A stretch of 18,383 bases of DNA. It comes from Promethearchaeota archaeon (GTDB taxonomy: Archaea; Asgardarchaeota; Lokiarchaeia; Sigyniarchaeales; SOKP01). A program made the position numbers and the translations under genes. Below are positions 1 through 8,341 of this stretch, piece by piece. The notes under the pieces were generated by a model, which saw only the letters and a program-made list of their open reading frames with translations, was not told where the DNA came from and did not search any database. Where the stretch lies: contig SHMW01000086.1 of the NCBI GenBank assembly GCA_008080735.1, positions 1-18,383 on the forward strand, given 5' to 3'. Every line of letters begins with the position of its first letter. Within the stretch, counting starts at the first letter, position 1.

Positions 1-170
1 TTTAAACCATTTTAGCTTTCTTTTTCTTTTTTTATCTAATAAAATATATTATATTTCTCTTGTTGTAGATTATCGGCGGATATAAAACCTATTTTGATGT
101 TAATCATCATTTTGAATTAATAATTTTTTATACTCGTGTTTTAATTTTGGATACTATTTTATACACTAAG

Positions 171-180
171 ATATATAAAT
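171..180 (+). promoter_or_regulatory. Candidate TATA box for copB
   Basis: ATATATAAAT ends 32 nt upstream of ATG 213, a spacing that fits an archaeal short-leader transcript. Confidence 0.4.
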
Positions 181-212
181 TAGTCTATTCAGATTTTGGA
201 AAGTATAATATT

Positions 213-2198
213 ATGAAAAACAAGAAAGATGATAACGAAAAAATGAGTAAAAAAAGTCATCGTAAGAAAATGATGCAAGATTTTAAAAGGCGATTTTTTG
301 TCTCATTGGCTTTAACAATCCCTATTTTGGTTTTTTCCCCTACAATTCAATCATTATTTGGCGCATCATTTCAATTTCCCGGTATAACGATAATATCTTT
401 TGTCATGTCATCGATTATTTTCTTCTATGGAGGTTATCCTTTCTTAAAAGGATTACTAGATGAGCTTAAGGATAAACAACCAGGAATGATGACATTAATC
501 GCAGTTGCTATCAGTGTGGCCTATTTTTATAGCACATCCGTCGTATTTAATATTGTAGCAGGAAGGATCTTCTTTTGGGAACTTGCTACTTTAATCGATG
601 TTATGTTAATTGGGCATTGGATAGAAATGAAATCTGTTATTGGTGCTTCACGAGCCTTGGAAGAATTAGTAAAAATTATGCCAACCGTAGCACATCTTAA
701 GGAAGATGGAGAGATTGTTGATGTGAAAGTTGAAAAGTTGGAAAAAGGAGATAAAGTACTTGTTAAACCCGGAGAAAAAATACCTATTGACGGAATTGTC
801 ATAGGAGGTGAAACTAGCATAAATCAAGCAATGATAACCGGAGAATCAGAACCAGTGTTTAAAAGTAAAGATGATGAAGTTATAGGAGGGTCAATCAACG
901 GTGATGGATCGATTACCGTAGAGGTTAAAAAAACAGGAAAAGAAACCTATCTTAATCAGGTTGTAGAAATGGTCTCAGAAGCTCAAAAAAGTAGATCTAA
1001 AACTCAAGATTTAGCCAATAGGGCTGCTTTCTGGTTAACTAGTACTTCAATATCAGTAGGAATTTTGACATTTATAATTTGGATTTTTCTAAACCCCGAT
1101 ATAGCATACGCTATCGAGAGAACTGCAACTGTGATGGTTATTACTTGTCCACACGCCTTAGGTCTTGCCATACCTTTAGTAGTTGCAAGATCCACCTCAA
1201 TCGCCGCCACCTCTGGTTTGTTGATACGGGATAGAAAATCTTTTGAATTCGCAAGGAACATCGAAGCGATTGTATTTGATAAAACGGGCACACTAACAAA
1301 AGGAGAATTTGGGGTAACAGATATCATTACTTCCGAAACCCATACAAGTAAGGAGATTTTAGCTATTGCTGCCTCTTTAGAAACTAATTCTGAACATCCT
1401 ATAGGAAATGGAATTGTGAAATCTGCAAAAGATAGAGATATTGAATTTAAAGAAATTAGGGATTTTGAAGCAATTCCAGGGAAAGGTATAAAAGCTGAAA
1501 TTAAAGACACAGAATATAAAATAGTAAGTCCAGGTTATTTAGAAGAAAATAATATACACTTTAAAGAAAGCAGAGTCGAGAAAGTAAAGAAACAAGGTAA
1601 AACCATAGTGTATTTATTGAAGAATGAAAAAGTAATTGGTGCTATTGCTCTTGCGGATATTATTAGAGAAGAATCTAAAAATGCTATTGATAAACTAAAA
1701 GCTATGGGTATAAAATGCATGATGCTCACTGGAGATAATAAATATGTTGCTCAATGGGTTGCTGAAGAATTAGGTTTGGATGAGGTGATTGCTGAAGTTC
1801 TACCTGATGAAAAGGCAGAAGAAATCAAAAAAGTCAAAGCTCAATATAAGGTCGCAATGGTGGGGGATGGTGTAAATGATGCTCCAGCTTTGGCTAGCGC
1901 AGATGTGGGAATCGCAATAGGGGCTGGAACCGACGTCGCTATAGAAACAGCAGATATTATTCTTGTAAAAAGTGACCCCAGAGATGCCGCAGATATAATT
2001 GAATTATCTAAAAAGACTTATTCTAAAATGGTTCAAAATTTATGGTGGGCCTCGGGATATAATGTAGTTGCAATCCCTCTAGCTGCGGGGGTTTTAGCGG
2101 GATTCGGGATTGTACTTCCACCTGCGATTGGTGCATTGATTATGAGTCTAAGCACAGTAATAGTAGCTATAAACGCACGACTGCTCAAAAAAGAGTGA
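213..2198 (+). CDS. copB: Heavy-metal P1B-type ATPase, P1B-3 (CopB-type copper exporter)
   Basis: PGMMTLIA, FFWELATL, TGES, intramembrane CPH (VITCPHALGLA), DKTGT phosphorylation site, SEHP, TGDN, GDGVNDAP, GYN and MSLST: the P1B-3 signature. The ORF track starts at TTG 147. ATG 213 is preferred because a TATA-like ATATATAAAT lies at 171-180. Confidence 0.93.
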   Translation: MKNKKDDNEKMSKKSHRKKMMQDFKRRFFVSLALTIPILVFSPTIQSLFGASFQFPGITIISFVMSSIIFFYGGYPFLKGLLDELKDKQPGMMTLIAVAISVAYFYSTSVVFNIVAGRIFFWELATLIDVMLIGHWIEMKSVIGASRALEELVKIMPTVAHLKEDGEIVDVKVEKLEKGDKVLVKPGEKIPIDGIVIGGETSINQAMITGESEPVFKSKDDEVIGGSINGDGSITVEVKKTGKETYLNQVVEMVSEAQKSRSKTQDLANRAAFWLTSTSISVGILTFIIWIFLNPDIAYAIERTATVMVITCPHALGLAIPLVVARSTSIAATSGLLIRDRKSFEFARNIEAIVFDKTGTLTKGEFGVTDIITSETHTSKEILAIAASLETNSEHPIGNGIVKSAKDRDIEFKEIRDFEAIPGKGIKAEIKDTEYKIVSPGYLEENNIHFKESRVEKVKKQGKTIVYLLKNEKVIGAIALADIIREESKNAIDKLKAMGIKCMMLTGDNKYVAQWVAEELGLDEVIAEVLPDEKAEEIKKVKAQYKVAMVGDGVNDAPALASADVGIAIGAGTDVAIETADIILVKSDPRDAADIIELSKKTYSKMVQNLWWASGYNVVAIPLAAGVLAGFGIVLPPAIGALIMSLSTVIVAINARLLKKE

Positions 2199-2238
2199 AT
2201 TTAACAATATAAAAAAATTTTTACCTAGTGAATTACCA

Positions 2239-3195
2239 ATGTCAAAAATAACCTCAAAAATTTCTATAATAGGCTGTGGAAATGTGGGAATGGCGTTTGC
2301 ATATGCGGCAATAATAAAGGCGATTGCGCGAGAATTTGTACTTGTCGATATAGATATGGAAAGAATAAAAGGAGAAGTAATGGACTTGAATCATACTGCC
2401 CCCTTTACAAAAACTATCAATATTAAAGCAGGAGAATATAGCGATATAAAAAATTCGGATTTGGTTGTTATCACCGCAGGAAAAAACCAAGAGCCTGGGC
2501 AGACAAGGTTAGATATTGCTCAAGGAAATGTGGATTTATTCAAAAAAATTATCCCGAAAATATACAAGTATGCCCCTGATGCCATTTACTTAGTGGTCTC
2601 GAATCCAGTAGATATATTATCATACGCGGCATATAAAATATCCGGAAAGGAACATCGAGAAATCATTGGTTCTGGTACTACCTTAGACACAGCGCGATTG
2701 CGATTTAAACTCTCTGAGCATTGTGAAGTTGACCCTCGTAATGTCCATGCCTATATTTTGGGTGAGCATGGAGACACAGAATTTCCTGTATGGAGTAGGG
2801 CATTGATAGGGGGGCTATTATTTGATGATTATTGCCACCTCTGCTTTAAAAGAGATCTATGCGACCGGGAAGAACAGATTGATGCGATTTTCACTCAAGT
2901 AAAAAATTCAGCATATAAAATAATAGATAAGAAAAGAGAGACTTCTTATGGTATAGGATTATCACTTGTAAGGATTTCTCAAGCAATTATAAATGATGAG
3001 AATGCTATCTTGCCAGTTTCATGTCTTATAAGCGATTACTTGGGAATCGATGATGTTTTTCTTAGTCTACCACGCGTATTAAATAAGAAAGGAGTTAGAG
3101 AAACCTTAAAATTAAAATTAAATAAGGAAGAAGAAAAAGATTTAAAACATTCCGCAGATACCTTAAAAGACGTATTAGATAGTGTTAGATTTTAA
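2239..3195 (+). CDS. ldh: L-lactate dehydrogenase (LDH/MDH family, Gln-type specificity loop)
   Basis: Rossmann IIGCGNVG; VITAGKNQEPGQTRLD with Gln at the specificity position (MDHs have Arg); VSNPVD, GSGTTLDTARLR, GEHGD, TSYGIG. Confidence 0.88.
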   Translation: MSKITSKISIIGCGNVGMAFAYAAIIKAIAREFVLVDIDMERIKGEVMDLNHTAPFTKTINIKAGEYSDIKNSDLVVITAGKNQEPGQTRLDIAQGNVDLFKKIIPKIYKYAPDAIYLVVSNPVDILSYAAYKISGKEHREIIGSGTTLDTARLRFKLSEHCEVDPRNVHAYILGEHGDTEFPVWSRALIGGLLFDDYCHLCFKRDLCDREEQIDAIFTQVKNSAYKIIDKKRETSYGIGLSLVRISQAIINDENAILPVSCLISDYLGIDDVFLSLPRVLNKKGVRETLKLKLNKEEEKDLKHSADTLKDVLDSVRF

Positions 3196-3220
3196 TAGAT
3201 AGTAACCTAAAACCAATAGA

Positions 3221-3232
3221 TTTCTTTTTTTT
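3221..3232 (+). terminator. Candidate oligo(T) terminator after ldh
   Basis: TTTCTTTTTTTT 25 nt after the ldh stop. Confidence 0.4.
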
Positions 3233-3324
3233 AATACAAAATTTTTGATTTAACTATAAATAAACACAGAAAAACTAATTCTATATCTTAAATTAGATTA
3301 ATAAAATTATAATAGCAATTTGTT

Positions 3325-4623
3325 ATGAATCACAAGAAAATTAAAAAATCGTCCTTTTTAAGATTAATAGGATTATCTTCTTTTCAAGTTCTTACAATGT
3401 TTCGGAGAGGTCTATTTTATACCTATCTTTCAATTTATTTAAGAGATTTTTTAAGGCTTTCTGTGACAGAAACGACCTTGTATGCAACTTTACCAATGAT
3501 AATGAGTGTTTTATTCCAAAATTTTGTATGGGGTCCTCTTTCTGATAAATATCAGCGCCGTCGTACGTTTATAATTATAGGAGAAATTTTGGCAGGAATT
3601 GGAACAATTACTGTATGGTTTATACATCATCCACAATCAAATTACAGGATTGCTGGATATATAATAATAATTGGGCTCACGTTCATAGAAATTTTTTGGT
3701 CTATGTCAAATATTGCTTGGAGTGCTCTGATTAGTGATTTATATCCATCGATAGAGAGAAGTAAAATGATGGGAAAACTCACAAGTATAGGAGGACTTGG
3801 AAGAATCGTTGGAATTACTTTAGGTGGCTTATTATATGATAATGGATTTGGATTTCGAGATGGATATTTATTTATTATTGCTTCTTTTGTAATGTTTATT
3901 TCAACATTACCAATGTTGCTAACTCCAGAAGGCGGAATCGAATATCTTAATAATTCTACAATTGGAGAATCAGAAGATAAAGATATTATCGAAAAAAACA
4001 AACCTAAATTTAATCATAAAAATGTTTTTATCATTTTTATAGTGGCAATGGTTTTTATTAATTTTGGTAGAAATAGCATCAGTATTCCGTATTCTCAATA
4101 TTTAACATTAAAATCTGGATTTTTCGTAGATAGTATCATCTTAAGTTTTATTGTAAACACTCGTTCTTTTGCAGTCATAATAATTGGTTTTACAGCAGGT
4201 TTTTTAAGTAGGAAAATGGGCCATGCTAAAACATTGGCATTGGGAGTTATATTAGCTATTATGTCTCTAATTATAACTGCCACTGCAAAAACTCTATTAA
4301 TGATATTTATTGGTAGTTTTTTAATAGGGGCTTCTGAGGTTATAATTTATGCATCATCTTATGCAATCGCATCAATTCTCATACCAGAACATTATAGAGG
4401 GAAATTATTTGGAGCATATAATGCCACTTTTTTCTTATCATGGGGACTTGCATGTACTGCTATAAGTGGTCCAATAATAGATTTTATGATAAGCTTTGGT
4501 ACGAGTGAAATTAATGCATATAAATCTGCCTTTTTTGTTGGTGCACTTCTAAGTTCAAGCGGTTTAGTAATCTTTATAGTTTCTGAATTAAAACTATGGA
4601 AAAAAAAAAGAAAAAAAAAGTAA
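3325..4623 (+). CDS. Major facilitator superfamily transporter, substrate unknown
   Basis: About 12 hydrophobic segments in two halves with a hydrophilic central loop; motif A-like GPLSDKYQRRR and GFLSRKMG; ERSKMMG / YRGKLFG. Confidence 0.88.
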   Translation: MNHKKIKKSSFLRLIGLSSFQVLTMFRRGLFYTYLSIYLRDFLRLSVTETTLYATLPMIMSVLFQNFVWGPLSDKYQRRRTFIIIGEILAGIGTITVWFIHHPQSNYRIAGYIIIIGLTFIEIFWSMSNIAWSALISDLYPSIERSKMMGKLTSIGGLGRIVGITLGGLLYDNGFGFRDGYLFIIASFVMFISTLPMLLTPEGGIEYLNNSTIGESEDKDIIEKNKPKFNHKNVFIIFIVAMVFINFGRNSISIPYSQYLTLKSGFFVDSIILSFIVNTRSFAVIIIGFTAGFLSRKMGHAKTLALGVILAIMSLIITATAKTLLMIFIGSFLIGASEVIIYASSYAIASILIPEHYRGKLFGAYNATFFLSWGLACTAISGPIIDFMISFGTSEINAYKSAFFVGALLSSSGLVIFIVSELKLWKKKRKKK

Positions 4624-4630
4624 AAAGAGT

Positions 4631-4807
4631 CTATACATCTTTGCAGCAATCTTCGCATTTAAATTCATCTAAATCAATATATCCACACTCTGATCCCATG
4701 TAACATTCATAACTATGTGTCTCCTCATTATAAATCATATCCCGACCACAATGTTGAGGTACAGTATCTAATTCTTTACCACATTTACTACATACTAATT
4801 TTGCCAT
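4631..4807 (-). CDS. 58-aa Cys-rich putative metal-binding mini-protein (not in ORF track)
   Basis: Manual translation: MAKLVCSKCGKELDTVPQHCGRDMIYNEETHSYECYMGSECGYIDLDEFKCEDCCKDV*. ATG at 4807-4805, TAG at 4633-4631, Shine-Dalgarno AGGAGGTG (4824-4817) 9 nt upstream. Shares CxxC..VPxHCG..M..C[WY]MG..C with the neighbouring ORF and the CopA C-terminus. Confidence 0.85.
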   Translation of the reverse strand: MAKLVCSKCGKELDTVPQHCGRDMIYNEETHSYECYMGSECGYIDLDEFKCEDCCKDV

Positions 4808-4877
4808 ATTTTACAACACCTCCTATTATAATATTTGAATGAATACTCTGAAAAAATGATTTTATTAATAAAAAAAA

Positions 4878-5084
4878 TTATTGAATTATTTTCAAGGGTT
4901 TTCCATGATGCTCGGGTATATCGCTAGATTCACAATCAGGTCCCATCCAACAGATAAGCCGCCCGTCTTTCAAGCGCATTGGTTTTCCACAGTGAGTTGG
5001 AACTTCTTCTGTGTAGTTGCATTCTTGACATTCGAATTTTTGAATAATATATTCGGTCTCTGGTTCCCAGCTTTCCTTAGACAA
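4878..5084 (-). CDS. 68-aa Cys/His putative metal-binding mini-protein, paralog of the CopA C-terminal domain
   Basis: TTG start with AGGTGA Shine-Dalgarno (5096-5091) 6 nt upstream. The last 50 aa are 33/50 identical, ungapped, to the last 50 aa of CopA. Confidence 0.87.
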   Translation of the reverse strand: MSKESWEPETEYIIQKFECQECNYTEEVPTHCGKPMRLKDGRLICWMGPDCESSDIPEHHGKPLKIIQ

Positions 5085-5113
5085 TGTTTATCACCTTTTA
5101 ATTTTTTTAGGAA

Positions 5114-5128
5114 TTTTATAAGTTTTTT
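5114..5128 (-). promoter_or_regulatory. Candidate internal BRE/TATA promoter for the 68-aa gene
   Basis: Minus strand AAAAAAC-TTATAAAA about 30 nt upstream of the TTG; resembles AAAACTTATAT upstream of the rRNA leader. Confidence 0.4.
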
Positions 5129-5148
5129 ACATATATCTTCTTTAGATT

Positions 5149-8100
5149 TTATTTTACTATTTTCATTGGCTTACCATGATGTTTGGGAATTTCTTGTTTT
5201 CCGCATTCGGGACCCATCCAACACACCAATAAGCCATTCTCTTTATGCATCTGTTTTCCGCAATGCATTGGAACTTCTTCAGTATAGTTGCATTCTTGAC
5301 ATTGTAAAATCGGTTTTTGAGACACTGTATCAGATCCTGTTTGATCTATTGAAGTTTTTTCGACTACGGTTTCCTCCTCCTCAAGATATTTCTCAGGATT
5401 CATTTTGAACTTCTTCAAACAATTCGGATTACAGAAATAATATGTATCACCGTTATATTCATAATTGGTCCATTTTTCAGGTTCTGACGTGGTCATTCCA
5501 CAAACGGGATCCTCTACTAGTTCTTTTCCTTTTTCTCCACCCTTATGCATTAGTTTCGGGTCGATATTATTATAATCCTTGAATTTCTCCGGATTTTGTT
5601 CAAAGGTTTTCTCGCAGGATGGATTACAGAAATAAAAGGTTTCTCCTTTGTACTCATGTTCTATAGATTGGCTTGGGATAATTTTCATTCCGCAAACAGG
5701 GTCAGTTACGACTTCCTCTTGTTCCAATAACATTTCTTCTTCAATTTGTTGTTCTGTTTTAGGATCAAACCGTTTTAAGAAGAGTGCATTAGTGACCACT
5801 GAAACAGAACTTGAAGCCATAAAGACCGCCGCTAAATAAGGCGGCAAAAAGTAGCCAGTTATGTAAAAGAGTAGTCCTGCTGCGATCGGAATCCCGATAA
5901 CGTTATAAATAAATGCCCAAAATAGATTGCTTATCATTTTTCGGTAGGTCTTATGGGATAACTTTAATGCAGCTACCACATTTCGCAGATCCCCCCTCAT
6001 TAAAACAATACTTGCTGTTTCTATTGCGACATCAGTCCCAGAACCTATTGCAATGCCTATATCTGATTGAGCTAATGCGGGAGCATCGTTTATACCATCA
6101 CCAACCATTCCGATGATTTTTCCAGATTTTGATTGTTGTAGCTCTTCTATTTTAAGTGCCTTATCATTTGGAAGAACTTCTGCCAAGATATGGTTCTCAT
6201 CAAATCCTAATTCTTTTCCGATTGCAAGAGCTGTTTCTTTATTATCTCCTGTAATCATATAGAGCTCTAATCCCATATTCCTCAATTTTTCTAAAGCATA
6301 GGGCGCTTGCTCCTTGATTTTATCAGATATTCCAATAATTCCCCTCAAAGTGCGATCAACACTTATAAAAATCGTGGTTATTCCTTTTTGCTGAAATTCA
6401 AGGAATTTTTCCCGAAAATTACTAAAATCTATACTTTCTTCTTTCATTAATTTCTCATTTCCGATCAATACTTGTGAACTGTCAATTGTGGCAACTACAC
6501 CTTTTCCGGGAACGGCATCAAATTTTTCGGGGGAAATTAGGTTAAGACCTTTTTGATTAGCTTCCTCAATAATAGCTCTCGCTAAGATATGTTCTGATCC
6601 CATTTCAGCACTTCCCGCGTAATAGAGCAATTCTTTTTCATCGAAACCTTCACTTTTCAATTCTTTTTCGGTAAATATCTCAACTACGCTGGGTTTCCCA
6701 ACAGTTAAAGTTCCTGTTTTATCAAACACAATAATATCTAAATTATTAATCGATTCGAGGGAATCGCCCCCTTTGATTAATATTCCATTTTCGGCACCTT
6801 TGCCAGTTCCTACCATTACCGCAGTTGGTATCGCTAATCCAAGTGCGCATGGACACGATATAACCACTACAGAAGTAAAAACTAGGAGAGCACGTTCCAA
6901 ACCTATATCAGCTATTAAAAACCAGTATACAAAAGCGATTAATGCTATAGCAACCACAGCGGGAACAAAATAATTACTCACTTTATCTGCCAGTTTCTGC
7001 TTTTCTGCCTTCCTAATTTGTGCTTTCTTAACGAAATCTATAATTTGAGAAAGGACAGTATCTTTTCCAACTTTTGTCGTTTTGATATGTATCAATCCCG
7101 TCTGATTTATCGTACCTCCAATAACTTCTTCGTCTATTTCTTTTTTTATATATCTACTTTCTCCAGTAATCATTGACTCGTCAATCTTAGTTTTTCCCTT
7201 TACAACTACACCGTCAACAGGGATCTTCTCTCCAGGTCGTACTACCAAAACATCTCCAAGCTCTATTTCTTCTATTGGAATATCCGTTTCTCTCCCATCT
7301 TTCAAGAGAGTTGCAGTTTTTGGCTGCAATCCAATTAACTTTTTTATTGCTTCTGAGGTTTGTCCTTTTGTTTTATGCTCGAAGTATTTTCCAATCAATA
7401 AAAATGAAAGGATCATACTCATGGCTTCGTAAAAAGTAGTTCCTTCGATAAAGAAGGTGGTTAACACAGAATACACGTAAGCGGTGGTTGTTCCAAGAGC
7501 CACTAGAACGTCCATATTAGTTGATTTATTTTTAAGCGACTTATAGGCACCTTCTAAGAAAAAAGATCCAGCTATAATATAATTTCCAGTCGCAAGAAAG
7601 AATAATACCAGATTTCTGATGAAAGATTCAACTATAAACCAACTAATCGGGGTAATGATCAGTGTAAACGCAAGGGATATAAATAGAATTCTTAACCTAT
7701 ATTTCAATTCTTTTTGATGGGCCTCGATCTCTTTATCTACAGCTCCAGCTGCCTTTGTGATATCGTATCCAAATTCTTTTACTCTTGAATAAATTTCATT
7801 TTCACTGATTTGGATATCATTAAACTCAATAAATAATTTACGAGCTTGGTAATTCCCTCTTATGTTTTCGATTCCTTTTATTTTTTCCACATTTTCTACG
7901 AGTTCATTAAACTCTTGCTCAGAAATTGATACAGTCTCCTTGATTTTTAAATCCATCCTTGCCAAGGATGCCTTATAGCCAAGATCTTGTATAGCTTTAT
8001 TAAAAATCCTATAGTCTGCTTTTTCTGGGTCAAATTCTACGAGAGCTTCTTCATTGGTGAAATTTACGTTAGATGTCTTAACACCTTCAAGGTTTTTGAG

Positions 8101-8184
8101 CTTTGTTTCAATTTTAAGTGCGCAGCTCGCACAAGTCATCCCTCCGAGCTTTATTTTCATTTGTTCTTCTTTTGTTTGACTCAT
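5149..8184 (-). CDS. copA: Cu(I)-exporting P1B-1 ATPase with N-terminal HMA, C-terminal 2x YHS/TRASH and an extra Cys/His domain
   Basis: GMTCASC HMA; NMDVLVALGT; TGES; CPCALGLA; DKTGT; TGDN; GDGINDAP; YN and MASSS transmembrane Cu(I) ligands; two DPVCGM...Y.G..[FY]YFC...C repeats. Confidence 0.95.
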   Translation of the reverse strand: MSQTKEEQMKIKLGGMTCASCALKIETKLKNLEGVKTSNVNFTNEEALVEFDPEKADYRIFNKAIQDLGYKASLARMDLKIKETVSISEQEFNELVENVEKIKGIENIRGNYQARKLFIEFNDIQISENEIYSRVKEFGYDITKAAGAVDKEIEAHQKELKYRLRILFISLAFTLIITPISWFIVESFIRNLVLFFLATGNYIIAGSFFLEGAYKSLKNKSTNMDVLVALGTTTAYVYSVLTTFFIEGTTFYEAMSMILSFLLIGKYFEHKTKGQTSEAIKKLIGLQPKTATLLKDGRETDIPIEEIELGDVLVVRPGEKIPVDGVVVKGKTKIDESMITGESRYIKKEIDEEVIGGTINQTGLIHIKTTKVGKDTVLSQIIDFVKKAQIRKAEKQKLADKVSNYFVPAVVAIALIAFVYWFLIADIGLERALLVFTSVVVISCPCALGLAIPTAVMVGTGKGAENGILIKGGDSLESINNLDIIVFDKTGTLTVGKPSVVEIFTEKELKSEGFDEKELLYYAGSAEMGSEHILARAIIEEANQKGLNLISPEKFDAVPGKGVVATIDSSQVLIGNEKLMKEESIDFSNFREKFLEFQQKGITTIFISVDRTLRGIIGISDKIKEQAPYALEKLRNMGLELYMITGDNKETALAIGKELGFDENHILAEVLPNDKALKIEELQQSKSGKIIGMVGDGINDAPALAQSDIGIAIGSGTDVAIETASIVLMRGDLRNVVAALKLSHKTYRKMISNLFWAFIYNVIGIPIAAGLLFYITGYFLPPYLAAVFMASSSVSVVTNALFLKRFDPKTEQQIEEEMLLEQEEVVTDPVCGMKIIPSQSIEHEYKGETFYFCNPSCEKTFEQNPEKFKDYNNIDPKLMHKGGEKGKELVEDPVCGMTTSEPEKWTNYEYNGDTYYFCNPNCLKKFKMNPEKYLEEEETVVEKTSIDQTGSDTVSQKPILQCQECNYTEEVPMHCGKQMHKENGLLVCWMGPECGKQEIPKHHGKPMKIVK

Positions 8185-8341
8185 AATTATATTTACCCTA
8201 ATAACTATGGTATAATTGCAATTTGAAATAATTATAAATTATGTTTATAGAATGTAAAAAAAGACAAATGTTGTGGATTAAGATAAAAGCAAAAGTCTGA
8301 ATTTTCTATAATTTATTAACAAATCCCTTAGAAATATGCCT

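Larger units (their letters stand above)
4878..5303. repeat. Degenerate direct repeat (domain duplication): 4878-5032 vs 5149-5303, offset 271 nt
   Basis: Best block 4997-5032 vs 5268-5303 matches at 34/36 nt; both copies end at a stop codon in the same register. Confidence 0.85.

Noticed and set aside
147-212. TTG-initiated N-terminal extension of CopB
   Set aside because: Contains the TATA-like element and has no family-like sequence; ATG 213 is more plausible.
527-1729. Minus-strand ORFs inside copB, and similar antisense ORFs inside ldh, the MFS gene, copA, iscU, ino1, the nuclease, the permease, iscS and afpA
   Set aside because: Overlap well-supported genes and have shadow-frame composition.
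4997-5303. 36-nt direct repeats as CRISPR repeats or mobile-element ends
   Set aside because: Only two copies, both coding, and the differences are synonymous; explained by domain duplication.
4881-5408. 175-aa plus-strand ORF
   Set aside because: Antisense shadow of the CopA tail and the 68-aa gene; no recognisable motifs.
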